A stretch of DNA of 63,582 nt, counting the filler, from Chiloscyllium plagiosum (taxonomy: Eukaryota): assembly GCF_004010195.1 (NCBI RefSeq). It is 6 parts of one record of this genome, joined end to end, with 100 filler letters (N's around TTAATTAATTAA, not from the genome) between each part and the next. Parts side by side here need not be neighbours in the genome. Positions count along the whole stretch, not along the records: positions 37,370 to 52,034 come from NC_057710.1; positions 52,135 to 57,232 come from NC_057710.1; positions 57,333 to 63,582 come from NC_057710.1; 3 more parts are not named here. One strand, 5' to 3'. Under the pieces are notes generated by a model. It made no database searches. It worked only from the letters and a program-made list of their open reading frames with translations, and was not told where the DNA came from. Shown here in pieces: positions 50,712-63,582 of the stretch (the first letter of the stretch is position 1; each line of letters opens with the position of its first letter). The position numbers and the translations under genes are program-made.

Positions 50712-51385
50712 GTGACATGAAGATCGGTGGAGTAGCAGAAAGCATAAGGGACTGTCAGAGAATACAGGAGGATCTACATAGACTGGAGAGTCGGGCGGAA
50801 AAGTGGCAGATGGTTTTCAATCCAGACAAATGTGAGGTGATGCATTTAGGCAAGTCTAATTCTAGAGCGAATTATACAATGAATGGAAGAGCCTTGGGAA
50901 AAGTTGATGAGCAGAGAGATCTGGGAGTGAGGATCCATTGTACCCTGAAGGTTGCTGCACGGGTGGGTAGAGTGGTCAATAAGGCATATAGTATGCTTGC
51001 CTTCATTGGACGGGGTATTGAGTATAAGAGCTGGCAAGTCATGTTAAGATTGTACAAGATTTTGGTTCGGCCGCATTTAGAATATTGTGTACAGTTCTGG
51101 TCGCCACATTACCAAAAGGATGTGGACGCTTTGGAGAGGGTGCAGAGAAGGTTTATGAGGATGTTGCCTGGTATGGAAGGTGCTAGCGATGAAGAGAGGT
51201 TGAGTAGATTAGGTTTGTTTTCACTAGAAAAAAGGAGATTGAGGGGGGACCTGATTGAGGTTTATAAAATCATGAAGGGTGTAGACAGGGTGGGTAGAAA
51301 TAAGCTTTTTCCCAGGGTGAAGGATTCAATAACGAGAGGTCACGCTTTCGAGGTGAGAGGTGAAAAGTTCAAGGGGGATACACGC
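50712..51385 (+). mobile_element. CR1 ORF2 C-terminal part, young and open for 226 aa
   Basis: [17 protein letters not shown]...LVRPHLEYCVQFWSPHYQKD...RRLRGDLIEVYKI. Same subfamily as 59550-60210. Confidence 0.93.
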
Positions 51386-51389
51386 AGCA

Positions 51390-52034
51390 ATTTTTGAGGT
51401 ATTTTAGGTGGTGGAGGTGATTTCCTCGAATTCCAGGAGCAGCATGTTTTATATGCTGTTGCATTGTTTTGGAACTTTGGAAAAAAAAAAGTCAAAACAA
51501 CAGCAGTTTAAAAGGAAGAAGAGCAGACAAAGGAAGCACATGGTGAGGACAGTGCAGGAGACAGAGAGAGAGAGAACCTGCACAGTTACTGCCTTTGCTG
51601 TTTGAATTCATGTGTCGCTGGCCATCGGAGTGCATCTGGGAAAATTAACAAACAGTGAAATTCACAACTAATCTTGGAGGAACCGGTTTGGGCGAAGTTC
51701 ACAGCACAGGATCAGATAGGTTAATTGTTGTTTTAAGTGTGTCCAAGAGAAAGGCTGTATTAGTGAGTACAGTGGGTTCCTTCTTGATTATATGTTTTTG
51801 GAGATAAGTTTCTTGATTAAACTTAAAATATAAGCCATAGCTATTAATTTAACCTGGAGCAGTGTTTTGTAGAGGAATAAGACTGTGTTATTTTCTGGGT
51901 CTGTAGATTGTGAAGGAGCAAAAATGGCCTTTGCAGTGATATGTAATTCTTGTCAGATGTGGGAGTTTAAAGAGTGTTTAAGGGTTACTGCGGATTATAT
52001 CTGCCATAAATGCTGTTGGATGCAAATCTTATCA
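51390..52034 (+). mobile_element. CR1 5' UTR and ORF1 start
   Basis: MAFAVICNSCQMWEF...YICHKC, a CxxC...CxxC N-terminus of CR1 ORF1, truncated by the gap. Confidence 0.7.
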
Positions 52035-52749
52035 NNNNNNNNNNNNNNNNNNNNNNNNNNNNNNNNNNNNNNNNNNNNTTAATTAATTAANNNNNNNNNN
52101 NNNNNNNNNNNNNNNNNNNNNNNNNNNNNNNNNNTTATTTCTGAAGGCTTCCCATTTTCTAGCCATTCCTTTACCTGCGAACATCTGCCCCCAATCAGCT
52201 TTTGAAAGTTCTTGCCTAATACCGTCAAAATTGGCCTTTCTCCAATTTAGAATTTCAACTTTTAGATCTGGTCTATCCGTTTCCATCATTATTTTAAATC
52301 TAATAGAATTATGGTTGCTGGCCCCTAAGTGCTCCCCCACTGACACCTCAGTTACCTGCCCTGCCTTATTTCCCAAGAGTAGGTCAAGTTTTGCCCTTCT
52401 CTGATAGGTACGTCCACATACTGAATCAGAAAATTGTCTTGTACACACTGGATGAACTCTTGAATCCCTTTTTGGTGTGGGTGAATGGTGCAAGTTCATA
52501 GGGCTAAGGGAGCTGTGCTATTGCTCTGGGGTGGGGATGGGGGAGGGGGAGTGTTCATTGCCCTGATCTGATAACCCCGAGGATGTTGATAGTGGGAGAG
52601 CCAGTGATGGTAATGACTTTGGATGGTGCTTAGATTGTTCAGTATTGGAGATGGTCACTCCTTGGCAGTGTGATGCCAATATAACTTGCTACTTGTCAGC
52701 TCCTGATACGGTTTGCTCAATGAGACGGTGTGGAACCTGATGGATAGTG

Positions 52750-52942
52750 TATCTGTCCAATAGCCACGTTGGGTGGTGCAGTGTTACCCAATGGGAGGTG
52801 GTCAGGTGTGTGGCTCCGCCCACCCTGGACCCTCTGATTGACAGAGGTTCCGACCAATGGCTGTGTACTGGTACCCCGTGGATAATGCTGGTTGCCCGGG
52901 AGACGGTTGCTCTGATTGACAGCGGCTGCAGGAGGAAGGAGG
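52750..52942 (+). promoter_or_regulatory. PRADC1 proximal promoter/5' UTR with multiple CCAAT boxes and a GC box
   Basis: CCAAT near 52757, 52788 and 52854, and ctccgccc near 52814, in a GC/CpG-enriched stretch just upstream of the ATG. Confidence 0.55.
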
Positions 52943-53018
52943 ATGCGGCCGTGGGTGCCGCTGGTGTACAGTTGCTTCCAGACTCTCCTCCTGCTCCACC
53001 AGGCGCTGCTCAATGCAG
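52943..53018 (+). CDS. PRADC1: PRADC1 exon 1 (signal peptide)
   Basis: MRPWVPLVYSCFQTLLLLHQALLNA+G|gtcagt. A hydrophobic leader whose phase 1 end fits exon 2. Confidence 0.75.
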
Positions 53019-53299
53019 GTCAGTCAATGCACCGACTCCGTGCATTGCATTGCTCTGGCCTGGGCGGGTGGGCCGGCACTGAGACCCCCTTCTCTCTTCG
53101 GATTACCGCGGTTTCCAAAGCCCCGAGGACGACAGGGAGACGGAGAAGGAGCGTGATTGGGAGGGAGGAAGAGGCTTGACAGAGTGGGAGCAGGGAGCAG
53201 GGAGGGAAAGGGGGTGTGTAGATGCTAGCAATCACTACATCTGAGAACAGGATGCAATGTGTCTCTACTTGGAAACCCCCTGAATCACTGAGTTGACCC

Positions 53300-53612
53300 A
53301 AAGAGTATAGACAAAGTTGTTTCCATGGGGTGGGGAAGTCCAAAACTAGAGGGCATAGGTTTTAAGGTGAGAGAGAAAGATTTGAAAGGGACCTAAGGGG
53401 CAACTTTTTCATGTACTTGTATGGAATGAACTGCCAGAGGAAGTGGTGGAGGCTGGTACAATTACAATATTCAAAAGGCATCTGATAGGTATCTGAATAG
53501 TAAGGATTTTGAGGGATGTGGGCCAAGTGCTGGCAAATGGGATGAGATTAGGTTAGGATATCTGGTTGGCATGGACTAGTTGGACTGAAGGGTTTGTTTC
53601 CGTGACTCTATA
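53300..53612 (+). mobile_element. CR1 3' end in PRADC1 intron 1
   Basis: Same tail family as the copies at 3190 and 10975. Confidence 0.85.
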
Positions 53613-54401
53613 ACCTCCTCTGGCAGCATCCACTCCATAAACTGAGCTGGCTGAATTACCTCACCTGTGCCTGTAATCATTCTATCATTCCTGCCAGGCA
53701 TACTGCAGGATTACGGGGCACAGCTGCAATTAAGTTAAAGTTCAGTTAAACCAAAACAGAAAATGCCAACTCCTCAGCAAGTCATGTAGAAGGAAAGTTA
53801 GAATCATATTGGAGTTTGATAATCATTCCACAGATTTAGTAAATTATAGTCAGGTTTTATGCAAGTGAAGTGATGGTATGAAAACAAAACCAGAAATTGC
53901 TGGAAAAGCTTATCAAGTCTGATAGCATCTGTGGAGAGAAAGCAGAGTTAATGTTTTGGGTCCAATGACCCTTCCTCAGAACTGTTCCAGCTGTTAGAAT
54001 AGATAGATGCTTAATGATTGCTGCAGATATGATGGGCTGAAGGGCCTCTTTCTGTTGTTCAAACTGAATGGCTCTCTAATGATATCTGGATGTGGATGAT
54101 TGAATGGATCCTCTGAAATGGGGAGATTTTCTTTTCCAGTGTGTACAGAAGAAGGTTCAGTTGGTGTTTAGCAGGAGAATGTGGCTTGAGAATGATACAA
54201 GGAGATGGTCTTAACCTGTGAGTGAGGCCAGAGATTTACTGAAGTCATGGGGTAAGGTCATGGTTGGGGGAAGGTGACGGGGAGTGGAGGGGGTTCTTAG
54301 AACTGTGAATGCGTACCTGCTGCTCCAACCCCAATTCATTAAACTAGAATAGTCTGTTGATAGATTGTCGAGATTTATGCTGTTTCCTGTGTTTCATTCA
54401 G

Positions 54402-54502
54402 GTCTAGGGGTCAACGAATATTTATATTTCCAAGTGCTGAGCCCTGGAGACATACGCTACATCTTTCAGACTAATTTGGCCAAGGACTTTGGAGGTATTT
54501 TT
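54402..54502 (+). CDS. PRADC1: Protease-associated domain-containing protein 1, exon 2
   Basis: cattcag|(G)[33 protein letters not shown]|gtaagt, matching recalled human [28 protein letters not shown]. 101 nt. Confidence 0.96.
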
Positions 54503-55198
54503 GTAAGTACCACTTCACTTTACAATATCTGCTGCAGTACTCCAACAGAGAACTTGGACAGAGGACCAAACACCACAAGAATAGTGTTGCTTTTTCGTCA
54601 ATTTGACATAGAAGAAACAATTTTAAGGAACCCTTGGTGTACAATTTCATAGATCCCTGAAGGTGTCAGTACAGTAGACATGGTGTGGAAGAAGGCATAC
54701 AATTGAATACAAGTGTAGGGAGGTTATGCTTCAGTTATACAGGGCATTGGTGAGACCCCATCCGGTGTATTGTGTACTGTATTGGTCACCTTATTTAAGG
54801 AAGAATGGGCCACAGCGTTGCAGTGATAATGTCACTGAGCATCCAATTGCACTGGCAGATAGTGTGGGGACATGGGATCAAATCTCCCCCCCTCCATGGT
54901 CCCTGGTGGAATTGAAACTCAGTTCCTGATTATTTAATTTCAGCCATGGTGACCACAGGAGTATCATTGGTTGTTGTAAAGAACCATTTGGAGCTCACTG
55001 ATGCTGCTTAATGTGGGAAATCTGCCTTCCTTACCCCGGTCCACCTTATATATGACTGTAGACTACTGACTTTCTGAAAATGTCTAGCCACCTGCCCAGT
55101 TGTATCAAGCCACTGCAGACAAGTTGGTCAATAATGGATGGGTATCAAATTCTGACTTTCCTGGTGGTGCTCAGATTCAAAGCAAGAATAAACCTTGA

Positions 55199-55351
<153 letters not shown>

Positions 55352-56134
55352 TAAGTTTCAGCAGCTCAACACTGCTCTACAGCCACATTTGTATTCAACT
55401 GGCACCTTTCAGAAAGCTAGGTTATCCAAATGATTGGGAGATGCCAGTATCCGAAATGCTTCATAGTCATCTCTGTTAGAAATAAGGGAAGGCCATTTTT
55501 CCCCTTGAGTCTATTCTTTTGAGTAGATCTGTGTGGAGTTTGCACATTCTCCCTGTTTCTGCATGGGTTTTCTCCGAGTTCTTCTGTTTCTTCCTACAGA
55601 CCAAAGATGTGCAAGTTACGGTGGATTGGCCAGGCTAAAATGCCCATAATGTTCAGGGGTATGCAGGCTAAGTGGGTAAGCCCTTTCTGGGGATAGATTG
55701 GCCACTAGTGTCCACTGTAATCCCACTGACTCCCACAGTTACTTTGACTGTACATCCTCACACCCTGCTTCCTGTAAAAACTCCATTCCATTCTGAGCTG
55801 GAAGGTTCATTTCCAGACATTTCATCAACCTACTAGGTAACATCTTCAGTGGGCCTCCAGACGAAGCACTGTACGTGATTCCTGCTTTCCATTTATATGT
55901 TGATGATCTTATTTCCTGTGGTGATATCATGTCATGTAGTGATGTCATTTCCTGTTCTTTATCTCAAGGGGGTGGTAAATGTGGACGAACTCGATGTGTT
56001 TGTTGATAGAGTTCTGGTTGCAATATCAAATTCTAGGAATTCTCATGCGTGTCTCTGTTTGGCTTGTCCCATGATGGATGTGTTGTCCCAGTCGAAGTGG
56101 TGTCCTTCCTTATCTGTATGCCAGCGAGCATACA

Positions 56135-57232
56135 GAGGAAAGCTAATTTTGACGGTATTAGGCAAGAACTTTCAAAAGCTGACTGGGGGCAGATGTTCAC
56201 AGGTAAAGGGACTGCTGGAAAATGGGAATGAGATAATGAGAATCCAGAGAAAGTATATTCCTGTCAGGGTGAATGGAAAGGCTGGTAGATATACGGAATG
56301 CTGGATGACTAAAGAAATTGAGGGTTTGGTTAAGAAAAAGGCGGAAGCAAATGTAAGGTATAGACAGGAGAGATCGAGTGAATCCTTAGAAGAGTATAAC
56401 GGCAGTAGGAGTATACTTAAGAGGGAAATCAGGAGGGCAAAAAGGGGACATGAGATAGCTTTGGGAAATAGAATTAAGGAAGATCCAAAGAGTTTTTACA
56501 ATTACATTAAGGACAAAAGGGTAACTAGGGAGAGAATAGGGCCTCTCAAAGATCAGCAAGGTGGTCTTTGTGTGGAGCCGCAGAAAATGGGGGAGATACT
56601 AAATGAGTATTTTGCATCAGTATTTACTGTGGAAAAGGATATGGAAGATATAGAATGTAGGGAAATAGATGGTGACACTTTGCAAAATGACTATATTACA
56701 GAGGAGGAAGTGCTGGATATCTTGGAACGCATAAAGATGGATAAATCCCCAGGACCTGATCAGGTGTACCCTAGAACTCTGTGGGAAGCGAGGGAAGTGA
56801 TTGCTGGGCCTCTTGCTGAGATATTTGTATCATTGATAGTCACAGGTGAGGTGCCGGAAGACTGTAGGCTAGCTAACATGGTACCACTGTTTAAGAAGGG
56901 CGGTAAAGACAAGCCAGGGAACTATAGGCCAGTGAGCCTGATGTCGGTGGTGGGCAAGTTGTTGGAGGAATCCTGAGGGACATATATTTGGAAGGGCAAG
57001 GACTGATTAGGGAGAGTCAACTTGGCTTTGTGCATGGGAAATCATGTCTCACAAACTTGATTGAGTTTTTTGAAGAAGTAACAAAGTAGATTGATGAGGG
57101 CAGAGCAGTAGATGTGATCTATATGGACTTCAGTAAGGCGTTCGACAAGGTTCCCCATGGGAGACTGATTAGCAAGGTTAGATCTCATGAAATACAGGGA
57201 GAACTAGCCATTTGGATACAGAACTGGCTCAA
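56135..57232 (+). mobile_element. CR1 ORF2 central region
   Basis: KSPGPDQVYPRTL...VPLFKKGGKDKPGNYRPVSL...IYMDFSKAFDKVPH. Truncated by the gap. Confidence 0.93.
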
Positions 57233-57562
57233 NNNNNNNNNNNNNNNNNNNNNNNNNNNNNNNNNNNNNNNNNNNNTTAATTAATTAANNNNNNNNNNNN
57301 NNNNNNNNNNNNNNNNNNNNNNNNNNNNNNNNGACTCTCTGAATGAACCTCACGCTCCATTCTCTGGGAGAAGTCCCTCTGTCCGCCCCCTCCCGGCGGA
57401 TCCCAGCTCCTGCTGACCCCGCTCTTACCTGGAGGACCCTGACCCTCCAGTGGGGCCTGTCCCAGGTGCAGCCCCCTCGGGGTCCGTGTCCCCGGAGCCG
57501 CCTGGCCCGGTGCTGCTCCAGGATCAGGATCAGGCCTCGGCCTCGGCCTCGGCCTCGCTTAC

Positions 57563-57652
57563 CTTAACGTTACTGATGAACCGAACCTCGACCCGTGTCC
57601 CGGCGGCCGCGTCTCTGCAGAACGAGAAGAGCTCGCACATGGGAGCCGCCAT
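57563..57652 (-). CDS. SMYD5: SET and MYND domain protein 5, exon 1
   Basis: aagATGGCG: MAAPMCELFSFCRDAAAGTRVEVRFISNVK|gtaagc, matching recalled human MAASMCDVFSFC...VEVRFVSSAK. It lies in a CpG island. Confidence 0.92.
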
Positions 57653-57735
57653 CTTGCTGTCCTCTCAACTCTGACCCCTGACCCTCACCACCCACCGCTA
57701 GGTTCAACCAATCAGAGCAGAGCCCGCCTCAGAGG
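57645..57735 (-). promoter_or_regulatory. SMYD5 promoter/5' UTR elements
   Basis: YY1-type AAGATGGCGG overlapping the ATG, aaccaatcag CCAAT box near 57706, and cccgcc near 57723. Confidence 0.55.
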
Positions 57736-58195
57736 TAGGACAGACCAGAAGGTGAATGGGAAATTGTAATCATTAAAACTCCAAAATACAATCCAAATAA
57801 TCATTAATACTCCTAAATATAACTCAACTAATCATTAAAACACCAAATTCTTATTAACACTCCAAAATATAAACCAAATAATAATAATTAACACTCCAAC
57901 ATATAACCACCCTTTTATATCTTTCCTCGCTCACCCTTATCCTATGCCCTCTGGTTCTGGATTCCCCCACATCAGGGAAAAATACCTTCTCTATTTATCC
58001 TGTACATGCCCCTCATGATTTTATAAACCTCTATCAGGTCACCCCTCAGCCTCCAACGCTTCAGGGGAAAACCCCAGCCTAAAATATAGCCAGATAATTA
58101 TTAAAACTCCAAAATGTAATCCAAATAATCATTGAAACTTCAAAATATAACCTAAATAGTCATTGAAACTACAAAATGTAATCTAAGTAATCATT

Positions 58196-60430
58196 ATGTC
58201 AATAGTCTGACGAGGGAAGGGGCCACATTGGACCTGGTACTGGGGAACGAGCCAGGCCAAGTGGTAGAAGTTGCGGTGGGGGATTTCTTTGGGAACAGTG
58301 ACCACAATTCTGTAAGTTTTGAATACTCGTAGATAAAGAAGACAGTGGTCCTAAGGGAAAAGTACTAAACTGGGCCAAGGCCAATTATATCAAAATTAGG
58401 CAGGAGCTCGGAAATGTGGATTGGACACAGCTATTTGAAGGAAAGTCCACATTTGAGATGTGGGAGGCTTTCAAAGATAGGTTAAAGATAGTGCAGGATA
58501 GGCATGTCCCGTTGAAGGCTAAGGATAGGAGGGGCAAGATTCATGAACTGTGGATGACAGGAGAAATTGTACGACTAGCCAAGAGAAAAAGGGAAGCCTA
58601 CATAACGTCTAGGCAGCTGAGAACAGAACAGGCCCTGGAAGAATATCGCAAGAGTAGGACAAGTCTTAAGCGAGGAATCAAGCGGGCTAAAAGGGATCAT
58701 GAAATAGCTTTAGCGAGCAGAATTAAGGAAAATCCGAAAGCATTTTACCCTTGTATAAGAAGCAAGCGGGTAACTAGAGAAAGGATTGGTCCACTAAAGG
58801 ATAACGAAGGATGGCTGTGTGTCGAACCTGAGAGAATGAATGATTACTTTGCATCAGTGTTCGCTGAGGAGAGGAACATGATGAATGTTGAGATTAGAGA
58901 TAGAAGTTTGATTAGTCTGGATCACGTTGACATAAGTAGGAAAGATGTGTTGGGTAGGCTAGAGGTTATTAAGGTGGACAAATCCCCAGGACCGGATGGG
59001 ATCTATAGGGTGATCATGTTGTCCTCCTGTACAAGAAGGGTAGTAGGGATATTCCAGATAACTACAGACCAGTGAGCCTGATGTCAGTGGTGGGAAAGAT
59101 GCTGGAGAAGGTACTGAGAGATAGGATCTATTTATATTTAGAAAAGAGTGGGCTTATCAGTGTTAGGCAACACGGTTTTGTGTGGGGGAAATCGTGCTTT
59201 ACCAACTTAATAGTGTTTTTCAAGGAAGTGACCAAATTGATAGATGAAGGAAGGGTTGTTGATGTCATATACATGGACTTTAGTAGGGCATTTGATAAGG
59301 TTCCCCATGGTAGACTAATGGAGAAAGTGAAGTCATATGGTGTGCAGGGTGTTCTAGCTAGGTGGATAAAGAACTGGTTGAGCAACAGGAGACAGAGAGC
59401 AATAGTTGAAGGGAGTTTCTCGAAATGGAGAAAGGTGACCAGCGGTGTACCACAGGGATCAGTGCTGGGGCCACTGTTATTTATAATATACATAAATGAT
59501 CTGGAAGAGGGCACTGTTGGTATGATCAGCAAGTTTGCAGATGACACGAAGATTGGTGGAGTAGCAGAAAGCATAAGGGACTGTCACAGAATACAGGAGG
59601 AGACTGGAGAGTCGGGCGGAAAAGTGGCAGGTGATTTTCAATCCAGACAAATGTGAGGTGATGCATTTAGGCAAGTCTAATTCTACAGCGTATTATACAA
59701 TGAACGGAAGAGGCTTGGGAAAAATTGATGGGGAGAGGGATCTGGGAGTGCAGGTCCATTGTACCCTGAAGGTTGCTGCACAGGTGGATAGAGTGGTCAA
59801 GAAGGCATATAGTATGCTTACCTTCATTGGACGGCGTATTGAGTATAAGAGCTGGCAAGTCATGTTAACATTGTACAAGACATTGGTTCTGCCACATTTA
59901 GAATACTGTGTACAGTCCTGGTCGCCACATTACCAAAAGGATGTGGACGCCTTGGAGAGGATGCAGAGAAGGTTTACGAGGATGTTGCCTGGTATGGAAG
60001 GTGCTAACTATGAAGAGAGGTTGAGTAGGTTAGGTTTATTTTCATTAGTAAAAAGGAGATTGAGGGGGGACCTGATTGAGGTTTACAAAATCGTGAAGGG
60101 TATAGACAGGGTGGATAGAGACAAGCTTTTTCCCAGGGTGAAGGATTCAATAACGAGAGGTCATGCTTTCAAGGTGAGAGGTGGAAAGTTTAATGGGGAT
60201 ACATGCAGCAAGTACTTCACACAGAGGGTGGTGGGCATTTGGAACGCGTTACCAGCACAGGTCGGAGAGGCAGGCATGGTAGATTCATTTAAGATGCATC
60301 TGAACAAATGCATGAGTAGGTGGGGAGCAGAGTGATACAGATGCTTAGGAATTGACCAACAGGTTTAGACAGGACATTTAGATCAGCTCAGGCCTGTTCC
60401 TGGGTTGTAAATTTTCTTTGTTCTTTGTTC
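58196..60430 (+). mobile_element. 5'-truncated CR1 LINE with most of ORF2 (frameshifted) and 3' UTR
   Basis: Three consecutive ORF pieces covering [37 protein letters not shown] and RRLRGDLIEVYK. Confidence 0.95.
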
Positions 60431-60748
60431 TATTAATACTCCAACATATAACCCAAATAATCATTTAAAAAATCCAAAATATAATCCAAATAATTATTAA
60501 AACTCTAATATAACCAGATAATTATTAAAACTCCAGAATATAATACAACTAATTATCAAAACTCCAAAATATAGTCAGGTAATTACTAAAACTACAAATT
60601 ATAACGAAAAAACATTAAAACTCCCAAATATAATCCAAATAATCATTAAAACTCCAAAATAGTGTGCAGGGCTATGGTGAAAAGGCAGGAGACTGACACT
60701 TGGTTAATTGAACTAGTGCAAGCATATTGGGCTAAACGGCCACCTTTT

Positions 60749-61063
60749 GATTAGATTACATTACACTACAGTGTGGAAACAGGCCCTTCGGCCCAACAAG
60801 TCCACACCGACCCGCCGAAGCGCAACCCACCCATACCCCTACATTTACCCCTTACCTAACACTACGGGCAATTTAGCATGGCCAATTCACCTAACCTGCA
60901 CATCTTTGGACTGTGGGAGGAAACCGGAGCACCCGGAGGAAACCCACGCAGACACGGGAAGAATGTGCAAACTCCACACAGTCAGTCGCCTGAGGCGGGA
61001 ATTGAACCCGGGTCTCTGGCGCTGTGAGGCAGCAGTGCTAACCACTGTGCCACCGTGCCGCCC
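60749..61063 (-). mobile_element. HE1-type V-SINE, full length
   Basis: Near-identical to the 43111 and 24222 copies. Confidence 0.93.
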
Positions 61064-61287
61064 ACAAAATATAGCCAGAAAATCATTACACCTACAAAAT
61101 ATAACCCAAATAATCATTAAAACTACAAATAAAAACAAGGTAATTATTAAAAGTACAAAATCTAATCAAATAATCATTAAAACTACAAAATATAACTAGA
61201 TAATTATTAAAACTATAAAATATAACCCAAAAAGCCATTAAAATTCCAAAATATAACCGGATAATTATTAAAACTACAAAATAAAAT

Positions 61288-61540
61288 CTAGAGGGCATAG
61301 GGTGAGAATGAGAGGGGAAAATTTAAAAGGGACATGAGCGGGAACCTTTTTATGCAGAGGGTTGTGCGTGTCTGGAATGAGCTGCCAGAGAATGTGGTGG
61401 AGGCTGGTACAATTACAGCATTTAAAAGGCATCTGGATGGATATATGAATAGGAAGGGTTTAGAGGGATATGGGTCAAGTGGTGGCAAATGGGACAAGTT
61501 GGACGAGTTGGACTGAAGGGTCTGTTTCCATGCTGTACAC
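61288..61540 (+). mobile_element. CR1 3' end
   Basis: QRVVRVWNELPENVVEAGTITAFKRHLDGY. Confidence 0.88.
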
Positions 61541-61809
61541 TCCCCAACATCACCACTTTACAGAGATTCAAATCCAGAGAAGTGACCCCCTCGAGATAAA
61601 ATCTTTTAAGTTTGACTTAACTGATTTTTCCCTGTTCCTGTCCTGTGAACTGAGAGTCATTTTACAATTACAAAACTGAGACATGAGGCTTTCTCTGCTC
61701 TGAATAACCTACGGATTTCTTAGCAAACAATCTTGGTACAAAAGTAGTACAAATTACAGTTTTCAGTTGAAGTCACCCATTCCCTCAACTGCTTGAGAAA
61801 AAAACGTGT

Positions 61810-62121
61810 GGGTGGCACGGTGGCACAGTGGTCAGCACTGCTGCCTCACAGCGCCAGAGACCCGGGTTCAATTCCCGCCTCAGGCGACTGACTGTGTGAA
61901 GTTTGCACGTTCTCCCCGTGTCTGCGTGGGTTTCCTCCGGGTGCTCCGGTTTCCTCCCACAGTCCAAAGATGTGCAGGTCAGTTGAACTGGCCATGCTAA
62001 ATTGCCCGTAGTGTTAGGTAAGGGGTAAATGTATGGGTATGGGTGGGTTACGCTTCGGCGGGTTGGTGTGGACTTGTTGGGCCGAAGGGCCCGTTTCCAC
62101 ACTGTAATGTAATCTAATCAA
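61810..62121 (+). mobile_element. HE1-type V-SINE, full length
   Basis: Same family, in inverted orientation to the 60749 copy. Confidence 0.93.
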
Positions 62122-62937
62122 ATCTTTTCCATGGGAGAGACTATCCTTGCTTCTGACCCTATCTAGGTTCCTCTAAATTGCCCTAAAAACTTTCAACCTC
62201 TAACTTTACTCAGATAAAATCAATCCGTGAATAATCTGAACCAAACAAACAAGCTAATGGCTTTCAATCCCACTTTACCTATTGTAAACCATCACATTAT
62301 AAACAATTTTCCATGAACATTTCAAGAATTCGCAAAAATCTGCTCTCTGGCACATAATGAATTAGGTCACTGTTCCAGAAAGACTACCTCACCTTTTTTT
62401 AAGATTTTTTTTACAGAAAGAATCAAGACCCAACTATTTTGAAATCCCAGCCCGAAAATGGTATTTATTATATAAATCATATATATTTCACCATGTCGTT
62501 CTTAATAATCTAATGGTAGGCACTAGAACAATAATGGCTTCTCTTTCTGTTCCCACACCATTTGTTCTGGTGTTCCCCAAGATTTATCCATTGATCATGC
62601 CTACTTCTCATCTACATGCTGTCCCTCAGCAGGATCAGCTGAAAGGCACAACTTTGCTTTCACACATTCCCTAATGGCACCCAGATCTAATTCACATTGA
62701 CCTCTCTCTCGGCTCCTCCACTGTCTCTCAATTGACAGACATCGTATCCATTATCTAATGCTAACTGAGTCAAAATCTCTTCCAATTGAATTTGTAAAGG
62801 CTGCCTTTGTTATTCTACTCATTTGCAATCAACTCTAATTGGCAACTCTGAGCTTGAACAAGACAGTTCACAAAAACAGAGATTACTGGGGCAAGTCAGC
62901 ATCTATGGGAGAAAGTAGAGTTAACGTTTCGAGTCAA

Positions 62938-63582
62938 TAGAATCATAGAGATGTACAGCATGGAAACAGACCCTTTGGTCCAACCCATCCATGCCAACCA
63001 GATATCCCAACCCAATCTAGCCCCACCTGCCAGCGCCCAGCCCATATCCCTCCAAACCCTTCCTATTCATATACCCATCCAAATGCCTTTTAAATGTTGC
63101 AATTGTACCAGCCTCCACCACATCCTCTGGCAGCTCATTCCATACACGTACCACCCTTTGCATGAAAAAGTTGCCCCGTAGGTCTCTTTTATTTCATTCC
63201 CCTCTCACCCTAAACCTATGCCCTCTAGTTCTGGACTTCCCCACCCCAGGAAAAGAACTTTGTCTATTTACCCTATCCATGCCCTTCATAATTTTGTAGA
63301 CCTCTATAAGGTCACCTCTCAGCCTCCGACGCTCCAGGGAAAACAGCCCCAGCCTGTTCAGCCTCTCCCTATAGCTCAAATCCTCCAACCCTGGCAACAT
63401 CCTTGTAAATCTTTTCTGAACCTTTTCAAGTTTCACAACATCTTTCCGATAGGAAGGAGACCAGAATTGCACGCAATATTCCAACAGTGGCCTAACCAAT
63501 GTCCTGTACAGCTGCAACATGACCTCCCAACTCCTGTACTCAATACTCTGATCAATAAAGGAAAGCATACCAGACACCTTCT
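62938..63582 (-). mobile_element. CR1/HER1 LINE 3' end
   Basis: LVRPLLEYCVQFWSPSYRKD...RRLRGDLIEVYKIMKG, plus the 3' UTR. Confidence 0.95.

Larger units (their letters stand above)
57765..61290. repeat. AT-rich degenerate tandem repeat of about 31 bp (aaaactccaaaatataacccaaataatcatt), split into four blocks by insertions
   Basis: Blocks at about 57765-57910, 58080-58195, 60432-60660 and 61065-61287. Confidence 0.85.

Noticed and set aside
55897..56976. 359-aa ORF as a novel gene
   Set aside because: A chance fusion of an antisense Penelope fragment with a CR1 ORF2 fragment.

Overview
Repeat-dominated vertebrate genomic DNA, almost certainly from an elasmobranch (shark/ray), judged by HE1-type V-SINEs, abundant CR1/HER1 LINEs and Penelope-like elements. 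The window is stitched from at least six scaffolds joined by 100-nt N spacers carrying an artificial TTAATTAATTAA linker, so the genes are fragmentary. Spliced exons of four genes can be read directly: (1) the last three exons of a V-ATPase B subunit with a B1-type extended tail ending in a PDZ-type motif (minus strand, 37.5-40.5 kb); (2) two clear and one probable exon of a divergent shootin (SHTN1-like) coiled-coil gene (plus, 43.7-49.7 kb); (3) PRADC1 exons 1-3 (plus, 52.9-55.4 kb); (4) SMYD5 exon 1 (minus, 57.6 kb). ATP6V1B1, PRADC1 and SMYD5 all lie on human 2p13. The remainder is CR1 and related LINEs, two SINE families, Penelope fragments with minimal hammerhead-like motifs, a solo LTR, a TA-flanked MITE and several minisatellites, which explain all the long spurious ORFs. 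I find no strongly supported wholly new biological system. The best leads are the shootin paralog, the B1-like ATPase tail, and the very short, TSD-flanked, fold-back Penelope-terminus insertions with hammerhead-like cores. Protein identifications rest on recalled human sequences, not on a database search, and repeat boundaries are approximate.
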